Shown: piece after piece, positions 11,156-23,757 of the stretch | Layout of the letters: every line of letters starts with the position of its first letter | Numbering within the stretch: position 1 is the first letter of the stretch | NCBI GenBank assembly: GCA_001949185.1 | Contig: BDGG01000004.1 | Span: 4,063,777 to 4,127,776 of the forward strand | Direction: 5' to 3' | Source of the DNA: Ramazzottius varieornatus | Taxonomy: Eukaryota > Animalia > Tardigrada | Length of the DNA stretch: 64,000 nucleotides | Notes under the pieces: generated by a model | Told to the model about the DNA's origin: nothing | The model's input: only the letters and a program-made list of their open reading frames with translations | Databases searched by the model: none | Position numbers and translations under genes: made by a program

Positions 11156-14100
11156 ATGTCGAGTACCGGTCTCACCACCAACGGCAACATCGCCACGGGC
11201 GCTGCGTCATTGGCTGATTCAACAGATTTCGCTGCTGACCCAGCTTCCAGCACATTCTTCGCTGCAGACTTGAAGAAGTATGGCGACCTCAAGAACATGC
11301 TGGAAAGCAACAAGGATCAGCTCAAGCTGGAAGCCATGAAGCGCATCATCGGGATGATTGCCAAGGGCAAAGACGCTTCCGAGCTCTTCCCTTCCGTCGT
11401 CAAGAACGTCGTGTCCAAAAACATCGAAATCAAGAAGCTCGTCTACGCGTACTTGATTCGCTATGCAGAAGAACAGCAAGACTTAGCTTTACTTTCCATC
11501 TCGACCTTCCAAAGAGCTCTCAAAGATCCCAACCAGTTGATTCGCGCTAATGCTCTAAGAGTCCTCTCCAGTATCCGCGTTCCCGTGATCGTTCCTATCA
11601 TGATGTTAGCCATACGAGATTGCAGCAGTGACATGTCGCCCTATGTGAGAAAGTCTGCAGCACTCGCTATCCCCAAACTATACAGTCTGGATGACGAACA
11701 GAAGGAACAGCTGGTGGAAGTGATCGACAAGCTTCTCGGTGATAAGACCACACTCGTGATCGGAAGTGCGGTATGTGCTTTCGACGAAGTGTGTCCGGAA
11801 AGGGATGACTTGATCCATAAGAACTACCGGAGACTGTGTCAGATCCTGATGGACATAGAGGAATGGGGACAAGTGTCGATCATCAACACCTTAACGAGGT
11901 ATGCCAGGACGCAGTTTGCTGATCCAAATGGTGGAGAAGAGGGTGAGGAAAAGAATGGTGGGGAGAAGTTCTACGAAGACGATGATGAAGACGTGAAACC
12001 GGTCAGCAAGAAACCTATTGTCGACAACGATTTGAGGTTGCTTCTGAGATCGGTGAAGCCGCTGCTGCAAAGCAGAAACTCCGCTGTCGTAATGGCTGTA
12101 ATCCAGGTAGGTGTTTTTCGTGTCTTCTATCCGTGATTCGTATTCGTTTACATTGTCTGTTTTCTAGCTGTACGTTCATGTCGCTCCAAGGACGGAAATG
12201 ACAGCCAACATCAAGCCGATGATACGGTTGCTTCGCTCTCACCGCGAGATCCAGTCTGTCGTTCTCAGCAACATCGCTACGCTGGCTGCCAAGCCCGAAC
12301 AGAAGGCTCTTTTGGTACCTCACCTGAAAGCTTTCTTCGTGCGGTCCAGCGACCCTACTCACATCAAGCTGCAGAAGCTAGAGATCCTAACGAACCTGGC
12401 TTCGGAAGGCACCATCGGCATTATCCTTCGGGAGTTTCAAGCGTACATCTCCAGTTCAGATCGCGAACTGATCGCCAGCACGATACAGGCCATTGGTCGA
12501 TGTGCCATGACGATCAGTGAAGTCACGGAAACGTGTCTGAATGGGCTGGTTAACCTGCTCTCCAACCGAGATGACAACGTCGTAGGCGAAAGTGTCTGTG
12601 TGATCAGGAAGTTACTCCAGTTGAACCCCACTGCACATAAAGACATCATCAAACATCTCGCCAAGTTGGTGGAAACTGTTCAGGTATGATGAGAATTCCT
12701 CTGACCGTATTGTGAACAAATGGGCGCATCTTTTAGGAACCTGCATCCATTCAGATGCTTGAAATGTGCGTTCGCGTATCCATACGGCCAATATTCCTGC
12801 ATACTCGTTCCTTGTACGATTTGCACGGCCCTTTGTATGCAGGAGCGTGAAAGACCCGTGGGATGTCTCCGTAAACTGACATAATGCTGTGTTTTCAGGT
12901 CCCGATGGCGAAAGCAAGTATTCTGTGGTTGATTGGGGAATACTGTGAGCAAGTGCCGACGATCGCGCCTGACGTTCTTCGGCTAGCTGTCAAAACTTTT
13001 CCTAAGGAAGAGAATATCGTCAAATTGCAGATTCTGAACTTGGCCGCGAAACTTCTGACCGTGAATCCACAGCAGACTTCCTTGTTGGCTGTGTACGCTT
13101 TCAACTTGGCCAAGTATGATGTGAACTACGATATCCGTGATCGAAGTAGGTTCCTGAAGGCGTTAGTTATGCCTGGCCATATTGGAAGTGGGGATGATGG
13201 CATCGATGGCAGCACTTTCAGCAGCATGGCACATCAGATTCTGATGGCTACGAAACCCGCTCCCGTGCTGGAGTCGCGGTTTAAGGAACGCATGGAATTC
13301 CAGATGGGAACGTTGTCACACTTCCTCAATATCCGGACCTCTGGTATGAATTACTCTGAATAGCTTATCGATCGGTTGCTGGATGTAGTCCTCTTATAGG
13401 TTATCAAGACTTGCCCGACTTTCCACCGGAATCGTTACCATCGAGTGTACGCGATGTGGCACTTCCGCCGGAACCCGAAAGAAAGCAGTCACCTACGAAG
13501 ACGAACAGAATACTTTCGCCTAGTAAGACCAAGAAAGCGGACAAATTCTACTCCGATGAAGAACAAAGCGAAGAAGAGGAGGACGAAGACGAGGATACAG
13601 ACGAAGAAGATGAAGAAGACAGTGACGAGTCCAATACCGACGAGTCAGAAGAAGAAGGTCCAGACGAAGAAGGTGATCAGAAAAAGCAGTCCGGGAAGGT
13701 ACAGAAGGTCAATGGAAAGCCAAAGCAGGGAAAAGATGATGAGCAGGACGAAAGTGGCGAGGATGAGACGTCGGAAAGCGAAGAGGACGACGAAACTTCT
13801 GATGAAGAGTCCAGTATGTCCGAAGACGAAAAGAAGAAAGTTGACACGAAACCGAAAGTTTCAATTGCCACTGCACCGAAGCCAGCCGTGGACACTAATA
13901 GTCCGAACCCGGTAAAGAAAGTTCCAGAGAAAACCGTGCCAACTCAGAAAGTTCCCGAGAAACAACGGGAATCCTCAAAAGTACAAGCCGTTGATTTGCT
14001 CCTAGATTTCGATGGTGATATGTCTTCCAGTGCACCATTGATGTCCGCCATGCAACCACTGAGCCATCCTGCTTCGTCCTCATCCGGAAAGTCCCAGAGC

Positions 14101-14841
14101 ACAACGACAGTGACGCTTCCACCTGTCTACGTTCCTACGAAGTCCTACGAGGTACTTTCCGCTTCATCAAACGGTGGCTTCGGTGTCTCTTATCGGTACC
14201 CTCGAAGACCCTTCATGTTCTCGGGCAAGATGGTAGCTATTGAATTCATGTTTGACAACACGTCAGATCAAACGTTTTCGAACATCAGAGTGGTGAGGAA
14301 GAAACTGCCTGGTCGTGTCGAAGCTCAGGATTTCCACGAGATAGGTACACTCGAGGGTGGTAAGGTAGCGCATGCCACCATGGGTGTTGACTTTGCCGAC
14401 ACCACGCAGAGTATCTCCATAGTGGTGGGTCATGGTGATTACGAGTACGAAGTGACGCTGAAACCACGAATGGGCGAACTGTTGAGACCTATCGCGATGA
14501 GCAGATCTGAGTTTGACAAGAACAAGAGCAGCCTGTCGGGCTTGAATGAGAATCAGTCCAGTGTGGATGTCCCGGTGAAGTTACAAACGGAAGCGGGACT
14601 GACGAACGCGGTGTTGGAGGTGGCTAACGTAGCACCCATAGCTGTTAAAGATGAAACGGCTGATGTGGAAAGCAGTAAGACGCTGAGGTTTGCTGGACAG
14701 ACACTGTCGTCGGGGTCGCCGGTCATGGTGACGACGGTCTTGCGAGGATCAAAAGCGTCCGTCATTGTCAACTGTGAGAAAGCGATGGTCGGTTCGCTGG
14801 TCTTACAAGAAATCAAGGATTTTCTGGCAAAATTCAGATAA
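11156..14841 (+). CDS. AP3B1: AP-3 complex subunit beta (4 exons: 11156-12106, 12168-12683, 12899-13343, 13400-14841)
   Basis: Adaptin-N '[41 protein letters not shown]', '[10 protein letters not shown]', 'YDIRDRSRF', acidic Ser/Glu/Asp hinge, C-terminal ear. Confidence 0.97.
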
Positions 14842-15054
14842 AATTTCCATTTTTTTATTTAGTTTTCCTCGTGGTACTCTTCTTTCCTGTTTCAGTCTGT
14901 AGCTTTTCCTTATTACCAGTAGTTTTTCTGTTCGGCCTAAAGAACGCAAATACTCCGTTTCATCAGCATGAGCATTCCAGTGATTTATAAAGATATAGTG
15001 GCTTCATTGTATACAGTTTGTCTCTCTGTTAGAAATATACGAGTACAACGGAAT

Positions 15055-15772
15055 TCAAAACCAGGAAAACTTGAGGTACAGCATAAGTATAACGACTAGA
15101 AGAACACCAGCTCCGATCTTGACCATCGAGGCTTTCGTATTTAGTGTCTTTGCGTCCTTTCGATATTTCTCTGAGGCAGCGGACAGCATGCCAGCTTTGT
15201 CTTGAAGGTCCGACAAAGCTGCTCCTCGAACTAACACGTCATCGATATTCTGCACCATAATTCTTTGGACATCTTGCAGCTCGTTATTCAACTGTCCGAG
15301 TTGTCGCCGAGTTCTGCTGTCGTTGAAGGTCTTCTTGGCTTTCTGGATGTAATTATCTGGAAAATGCAAAGACCATAAATGTTAATCAACGGGAAATTCG
15401 TCTTATGGTAGACTATTCTTCCCTACCGAATTCTATGAAGGCATAGGGACGCCCAACCGTGCTGACTTTGTTTCCATATTGCATGTCAAACTCATTCTGA
15501 AGGTCTTCGAGGAAGGAAAATGCTACACGCTTGGGAAATGATTTCTCAGTCAGTACGAGGTAGCAAACATCGTTAATGATGATGTAGTGGAAGTAATAAG
15601 GACCAGAGTCGATGGTGCATCGGTTAGGTGAGCCAGGAGAAAGACGCTTGAATATCTGCTTGGCTTGCGTTTGGTACTGGATCAAATTCTTTCCGAGTTC
15701 CTCGTCGTCTTGTACTGAGGCTGCCAGTGGGAGCCCATCCGCCAGACGCGCAATCATGGTGAGCAATATCAT
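15055..15772 (-). CDS. SEC22B: Vesicle-trafficking longin R-SNARE SEC22 (2 exons)
   Basis: '[21 protein letters not shown]', 'RPYAFIEF|DNYIQK', '[21 protein letters not shown]', C-terminal TM. Confidence 0.97.
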
Positions 15773-16669
15773 TTTCGAACGATAAATATTAAATACCTCT
15801 GTTCCGTCGAGCAAGAAGATGTGGGACTTCGAGACGGCAGCGCAATCACGCGTAGCTTTCAACGTTACACAGGACGACGCGCGTGCTGACTGACCATGGA
15901 CACAAGTCGAAATGGAACAGCAGGTATCCGAACTCCGAAGAAACCCTTCACCGAGTGTGGGCTTGGTTGGCCTGTTAGACCGGATTTCAGAGCAACTGAG
16001 TGTACCCAAGGGTAGACCTGACACCGCCCAACCTGAAAGATTCCAGAAGGAAGACGGACGCCGCGCTGAGGGAAAATGAAGAGCCCAGGAATCAGGATAA
16101 AGCAGAAGCTGCAGAACTCAAAGAATTTTGACGTGGAAGTTGATGTTTTGATGAGACCACATGAGTGATTCCAGTTTCAGCCGTCCACATGCGTGTTGAA
16201 CAATCAATCAGTGTAGCAATCAACGGTAGGAAGTGAGACAAATGGTAACTGTCGTGTGGATGCAGGTGCATGATAGCGACTGAAGTGTTGGAAGGGTTAG
16301 ATAACATATGAGGGCAACACCGCCCCATTTCGTCACTTGTGCGCAGTGCCAATCCAGGACAAATTTTTCTATTCGTCTGAACAACGTTAGGCCAGCCCTC
16401 GCAAATTTCCATCGAATCAAGGACCACGATCAGATCCAGACAAAACACAGGTGCGGCGCGGCGGATCAAAGAGTTTGCCCTTCTGTTCTACTCTGTTCTC
16501 GTGTTTTGCAGTACAGATCCCGCGAAGGAGCTCACACATCAGGCATCTACCTTCCCGACGGACAGACTGAGAGGAGTGGTATTCTCTGGAAGCTGCGATC
16601 GGTCTGGTGGTGGGATCAAAGCCGGCTCACCGGAAGAGGCTTATCTTTTCCGACCACAAGTCGCCAACC

Positions 16670-17488
16670 ATGCCAAAAGATATCGGGACGGATTCTTCGG
16701 ATTCTGAAGGTGAAAGCGGGGTGTTAGTAGCATGCTGATTACACCGGAAGAACTTGTGCTCCATACCTTGTGATAAACTGTCGTCTGTTTCGTGTTGACG
16801 TAGACACGTAGTGCTTGTTTTGTTCCAGCTAATGGCTTCTCAGCCTCGCTGTTTACCAACATGGGCGATTTGTTCAGCACCTTCTGGAACAAGATGATGC
16901 GGGACGCAAATCTTGACAGTTGGGTTATTGGAGGTAAGGATCTTGGTTTCTGGAATGCCAGGTAAGTGTCTTCGGTGATATGGTTTCGCAATTCTTGCAG
17001 ACAGTAGTGTCTCGCCACCGCCGTCTCCTCTGGAGCTGCTACTGACCAGTGACATCCAGCGTGCCGCAAACTCTACCCGGGATAGTCTGGGAGACGTGGG
17101 CGGTGGCGCTGTTGGAAGCGCTCCTCTGCAGCAGGCTCTGGACAGCGAAGTCGAAGAGGGCAGCAAGAGCGACGCTGATCGAGAGTTGGAAAAATCTCCA
17201 GCTGATTCGTCCAACGACGACGACCACGTCTTCGATTTTGGCAAGATCGACGACAGCGTTATCGAAGAAAGTTCCAAGGCTCCAAATGACTTACAACGAG
17301 AAGAAAGCATGCAGAATTTGGAGGACGATGAAACGATCACGCAGAAGGAGAACGAGCTTGCTACTTCGGGTACTACAAAACGTAAGCACGAGAACTCGGA
17401 ACCGGCCAGCACATCGGAAGGCCCTGTCTGTGCTGATCCCACCAACAAGAAGAAAAGAGAAATCGCGATATTGGAGTTTGATGACTGA
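16670..17488 (+). CDS. Uncharacterised acidic, low-complexity protein with putative NLS (exons 16670-16709, 16844-16933, 17001-17488; 5' end uncertain)
   Basis: Two phase-1 GT-AG introns join MPKDIGTDSSDSE|ASLFTNMGDLFSTFWNK...|DSSVSPPPSP...KRKH...KKKREIAILEFDD* into one frame; no family recognised. Confidence 0.55.
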
Positions 17489-17695
17489 CCGAAGATGGAA
17501 GAAGGACGGAAAGCTGGAATTCATGGGTAGTTTTTCTACTACGGCGCCTAGTTTGATTCTCTTACTGTTGATACAGAATTCACAACTTTACGAGATGGGA
17601 AGTTTAGTTTATCTTAATCGCGTCGCCATGTTGAGTTGTTATTGGACAAGACGTGACTATTTACCATCTTCGTCTGAAACACTGAGTATCTGATT

Positions 17696-18913
17696 TTACA
17701 GATAGAATTTTCTTTTGCTTTTGTTCATCTCCAGTTGTTTATGGATCCAGATGTATTCTCCTTGTGTTGAGTCAAAGGTTCCTTTCTGCAACGATCTAAG
17801 CTTCATCGTAAACTTAGGACCTAGCTCTTGCAGTCCAGCTCGCTCGGCATTGCGAAAAATATATCTGCAAAACAACAAAATATTTTCCAATCCTCTTATT
17901 TGCACCTAACGATGCAACAGGTGCTATCTTGAGTTTTCTTACCGATGGTTGCGGAAAAATATGAAATCGCGCTGGTTGTGAAACGTGACAGCTCTTCTTC
18001 CGTGGTAATTTCGATCATGCGGAAACAGTGAGGAAAACATCCGTCCAACTGTATGTCCCAGACGGGTACTGAAGTTTGTAGTGATCACTTCTGGTATGTG
18101 CTCGGTCATCTCGCCAACGTTCTAACACAAAAGAATCAACACCTGGTCAGCAGAATCAGAGATACGACAAGGCAGAGCGTTCAGCAACTTACCTTGATTT
18201 CCTTCATCAACTTCACGCTCCTCAGTTTGAAGACGGCTGTTGGACCATTAGGAAGATGACATAAGGTGAGTGCGTCTGGCTTGTCACGATTCTCGTTGAT
18301 TACAATGAGATCTGTTATTCCGTGGTTGACGCATTCGGGTATGATCTTCTTCAGAGCAAACCTGCGCCGACTTTTGTATTCTGCGTTTGGGATAACTTCC
18401 GCTAATTCTCGAGCTAGTCCAATAGACCTCTGTAATGACACGAGAACATTCGTGGATATGCTCGACCGGAAGTCAAAAGCGAGCTTCGTTTCAGACGTCC
18501 CAATTAAACTTTTTACCTTTCGAGCCTTGTCCGATGTGGTTATCAGGAGCTTCGGTGCTACTGAGCGGGAAAAGTAAGACGCAAATTCATCAGCTTCTTC
18601 GTCCTGATTTACTTCTTCGTCGTCCGGTACGACAGTAGTCTCATCCTTGACTCTCAGGGTATCCAGCGTCTGCGGCAACTTCTTCTCTTTCTTTGGGTGC
18701 TCTGTTTCTTCATCGGCTGTCGAAGAGTTCCTCTTCTTCCCGTCCTTCTTCTTCACAATGAGTTTTAGCTCCTGTAACGCACATTGTTAATCCGTTGAAC
18801 TTCAAAGGCAAAGATTCAAAACTCGAAGCAAAGCAGTAAGCCATTGAGCAACGTGATCGGTAATTCGCAATGTCCAGTGGCATGTATGCAACCCAACTCA
18901 CTGTCCTCGACAT
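17696..18913 (-). CDS. RPF1: Ribosome production factor 1 (Brix domain), multi-exon
   Basis: '[13 protein letters not shown]', 'DEFASYF', 'PKLLITTS', '[12 protein letters not shown]', '[22 protein letters not shown]' (sigma70-like Brix motif); 4-codon first exon MSRT inferred. Confidence 0.93.
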
Positions 18914-21900
18914 CTTCCTCTCAATATCCTTAGCAGGTAGCAATGGTCACAGGATCAAATGACGATCGAGGAGGAATCTTGAGATCTGCACCGCGAGAGA
19001 CCTTGGGATGGAGGCTTGGAAGTTGGAAGACAGCGTATTGAGCGTAAAGCCGTAAACAGATTAAAATGAGCAATGGACAGCGGTGGACGGGTGATTTATT
19101 CAGCCCAATATCGAAAATCACGGCACTGCCACCTACGACCCATCAAGAACCGGTACAACGGGCAATATTATCATCACTGCGCGAATTCTACCTTTACTGA
19201 ACAAGAGACCTGGTGTTCGAACGACATTCAGAATGGTATTTTTCTATTGATATTGATCGACTGAGCGCCGTCCCAAAGTTGGGCTGCGATTGAGGTTGCG
19301 AAGCCGTTCCGTGTTGTGGCTAATTCACTGAATAAATCACCCGTCCACCGCTGGCAATCAAGAATCAAAAGTTGATTTTGAAATCGCGCACTGGCGCCTG
19401 GCGGCACTGCATGCCCATTGTGACCTCTCCGAGTGTACGTACATGTGCCAGTTGATTATAATCTGTTGATTTCGAAAACAGATCCGCATCCCGCTGTATT
19501 CCCGCTGAAACTTTTCTTAAGATCCATATTCCAGAGTCGTTTCCGGGATGCCGAAAGTTTTTGATTCGACGATCCTTTTGCAAGTGAAGAGTGAACAACA
19601 CACTGTTGATCTACTACCTTCTTGACAGATGGCTCCCACGGTGTAGCTCGATCGTGCTGGAAGAAACATGCGATTTCAAATTACAGTAATTTTTGCCGAG
19701 ACGCCAGGAAGAGATAAACGGCGACATGTCGCGTAACTTTGAACAGGTAAGTTATACCAGTGCCGACCCTGGTTATACTGCGAGAACGTGTTCTTATTTC
19801 TGCGATAGCAGTACCTATTGATGGTCTTGCAGATCTTGGAGCCATATACGAGTATCGGAATCTGCGTGGACAAGTTGGGACGACGTAGTGAAACGTGAAA
19901 ATGGTCGCCTTAACTCAAGTCCTACTTTATTCCAAGTCTCACGCACCAGCTAACAGCGTAATACGGTTGGTCTGGACTCTGGATGTATGTCAGTACGTGT
20001 ATGTGTGCTGCCAGACCTCGCTACTGTTTCTCTGGATAAGGGGACATCATGCGCGTAACACACGCAACGTATTGCTTGCAGCTTTACGATGCAGGCAAGA
20101 TCCTCATTTATCAATCGGAACGTCCGACGTAATGTAACCTACTTTTGTTTGTCTTGTCTTTCAGTAGAGCAAGCACCGGGGGAGGAAGCAGTACACGGGG
20201 AAATCGAGAGGCGGAGTTGGATATAGATTTATCGGGCTGATCTTGCACCTTCCGGGATAACAGTCAGCGTGGAAGTCGTCTTCATTCCATCAAGCAAGCT
20301 CTGTGTTTGTTCTCCCATCCGCTTCCACTGCTCGCGGTTTTCCCTTGGTTTTTCCAGTTACGTCCATGTATCGCAGGCAAGGTATACGGGACGATAATCT
20401 GGAACGAACGATGTAACAGAGCTCGAGGTTCGTTTGAAAACAAGGTTTTGCTCTATACGTAAGACAACACGCGGAAGCTGGGATCTGCTGATCGATTCCT
20501 TTACTGGGGAGCTGTGTACCTAGCTGATTTGTTCTTTTCCGATCGGGCAACGTGGTTTTGATCCTCATTCTAACTGTTGTTTCAGCTGATTTGCGCGGGA
20601 TGTAGCCAGGAATATCAGATGGAATTAATTAGCTGACGTCCAACACGGTCGACCTTTCGAGGGACTTCCTAAACGTCTCGTGCAATCCACTCAGCTTCCG
20701 GTCGTACAGTAAGTACTGAAACCTGGAAAATAGACTGCGTCAGCAAGTCTTGTTGGCTGAATTGGTTCCACAGAAGCATTGCGTCGATTGACAGCAACAT
20801 GCGTTCCCTGCGTGTTTCCCGCACTGCGTTGCGAAGCTGCGCAAAGTAAACTATCCTACCTTACTTTGCAGGTTGACAAGAAATCGATGATCGGCGTGGA
20901 GTCAGAGGAAATGCACACAAGCAAAGTGGGAATGTAAGAAATTTCTGGAGCTGGATACTACGCAGCAGGAACGGACCGAACGGTCATACCTCCCAACGCC
21001 GGTAAGTCACTTGTATTGACCCATTTTTACTTATCCTTTCATGCAAATTCGTATCACTTGTATCGGTATCTGGACGAAGGACACTTTGTTGATGTCGTTT
21101 TATTCTGTCTTTGGATAGTTCCCTGAAACTCTTTATTAAAGTTTTATTTTAATGATTGATGGACCCGGAAGTCCTTGTCGAAATCAGCAGAGTATCAAAA
21201 TTTTTTTTGATGTAGGACATTTCTATTGGTACTTACGAAAGTGGGAAACCGTATGCCGCTGATAGTCTACTGCAACTTTGAAAGGATCGTTGTGCGCAGT
21301 TGCGTCTCGATCTTCCTCCGTGGTGCAGCTGGAAGAGCGTGTTATTGAAATGTGCTATAGAATGACTTTAGTGATTGAATCGACAAGTGAGCTCTAGCTC
21401 TGATGCATTCTTTTGTGTGACGTAGGAGAATAGCACGATGATATAAGTTAGATGGAACTGGCAGGAGCCCATCATCAAAGGAAATCTCACATTGAAACTT
21501 GACGTTGACATCTGAGAAAGTTCCTGTCGTAACAGCTAGCCCCACACAGATTAATCGAAATAGATTGATTAAAATTTCCCTAGTTCGCTATGGACTCTAG
21601 TCCGTACTTCGCAAGAGTAGCGTAGAACAGACTTTGTGGGTCTTTTGTACGCTTCTGCAGCCTCGCCTGTGTTTACTCAGTGACTCGCGATTTCCCAAAT
21701 TTCCCACTTTTTCGTTTTCTTGAAGAAAGGTTTCTCACTTCCGAGTCCATGATCAATATTCTTGTTCCTGTTTATTTTGACTGACTAACATGGAAACTTA
21801 AAAATTTGATGGATTCTCAACACTGAGTGTGGTTCGTCCTTTCGTAGAACTTTGGGGGCATGACATTTGCTAAAGATATCTTCAAGTGGCAGCTGTATCA

Positions 21901-23757
21901 TCGTGAAGACCTAAGGAGTAACAAAACCTTAACGATCATTCTACAACCGGATTCAATTTACTAGGGACCTTTAACATCATTACTGCTTCATCGCAAAGAA
22001 TCTTCCCTTCATGTGTCCATATGCTATCACAACGGAAGTACTTAATCCTCCTCTCCTGCTGTCCCGCTCTGTCTCTGTTTAATGAAGGATACGCGCTTTC
22101 TCCAACTACGAGCTGCATCCAATGCGGGTATTTCAAGCGCCGATTATCAGTCCATGGCAAGCGCTGAATGGCTTAGTAAGCTCGACAAAAGGTCAGTATA
22201 TAATTACAAGCACTATTTTCGTTAAGATAAGTGGAATATATTGAAAAGTTGAAAGTAGTACGGCTTTTAGGATAACTGTTACTCTCTGATTGTCTGATGA
22301 TCTTCAATTTATTCTTCAGAGTCTTTTGCGTTTAGCCCAGGGCCGCTGCGTTGTTTGTAGTAGCCAAAGGTTAATATATTAGTCTTGACAGAAGTACAGC
22401 TGGAACTGCAGTTTGATCATCTATCAATGGTCTGTCTCAAGAGACATTCCCGTTGGAGGCGGACAAGGCTCGCTCAACGCTGCCCTTTTGTGATTTCAGT
22501 CAGATCAGGGAAGAAGGAAGGAAGGAAGAATGTATGTAGAGCGAGTCTTGGTGTCCTCGTCCTCGTGTTATGTTGTCTCCTTATTGAAGTGTGCTAACGG
22601 CTGGTAGGTTACGGAAGAAAGATGAAATCCCAGAGATCGGGGGTGAGCCCAAGCGGGCATATAGTCTAATCTGCGTGTTATCCCAGCTGTTAACGTTAGG
22701 TCCTCGCCACAGTGGCGCAGGCACACAAGCCACCGCAGTCTCTCATCGATCCAACGCGACTCATGCATAACTGATCGATTAGTCCATGAGCGAATGCACC
22801 GAGAGATCCCTTCGTCTGCTCACGTAAATTCCCTGGCATTAGCCTACAATGATCGCTCTGTACAACCAGGTCGCTTCTCCTGTTTCCCTCTGTTCTGGGT
22901 CCTTACCGTAACAATCGTTAGTAAAGAAACGCAGCTTGCGTAAACTTTCGCAAATGAGGAAGTAGTTACGTACGTGGTCTTTGTTTGCATAAGCATGAAG
23001 AGAAAGTCATTTTCATCAAGAGGCATAGAAAAAATTACCAGCCAGACAAGTTGAATCGATGAGAGATGCCTGCTGGGAAACCGGCAGTGTGAGCAGATTG
23101 CAACTTGGGTTGTACAGCACGGGAGGAAAGGGTTGCACAAACTCTCCACGTGGACATATGCTGTGCAAAGCATGGCCAGGGGAATGACGCGACGCTTGGA
23201 GAGCTGTTTGAACAACGGGGCACAGCCTGTTTTTCTTCCTGACAATCCTATTAGCCGCCACTTCTCCATCGATTTGGTTACATGAGCAACACGACATGTC
23301 AAATTTGTCTTCGATACCCAGAGTCCCTGCTATCAGCTGCGACCTGGCTCACAGCAAGCGCAGTCCCGGTCCTAACGGAGAGATCCAAAGAAAATATCAT
23401 CATTGTAGTGGAATTTCAGAAGATCGTCAGCTCGAGGCTCAAAATGAACGATAAAGGATGGCGAATAATTACGACAGATGAGACTGGAAGAGTAAAAAGT
23501 TCTTTGTTTGGGACGTCGGCAAATGATGCGGACGTAATCATTTTCCCAAGTGGCGCAATCTCTCAGCCAGTAACAGTGAAAATGTGTACCTCTTGGGCTA
23601 ACGGCCCTGCTGCGTTCATTTCATTGCCGACTTCCTATTTGAGTCCAAGAAAAAGTCTCAACAGTTTGCTTCTCGTAAAAAAGCCAAAAGAGACGAAACC
23701 TTCATCGTTAGAATTTCTGTATTTCGGGTAAAGAACATTTCCTGTTTCTGTTTGCAG

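Noticed and set aside
12684-12880. ATGATGA...CTGA box C/D-like motifs in an AP3B1 intron
   Set aside because: The C box overlaps the splice donor, spacing is wrong and there is no terminal stem
13445-13915. Lys/Arg-rich 156-aa alternative-frame ORF
   Set aside because: Shifted frame of the GAA/GAC-rich acidic hinge of AP3B1; similar shadow ORFs occur at 17049-17693 and 16840-17448
19100-23740. Many short ORFs upstream of Epac, including a candidate exon at 20872-21001
   Set aside because: No recognisable protein. The candidate exon matches Epac phase but lacks an in-frame ATG, so it is treated as unresolved 5' UTR, intron or regulatory sequence
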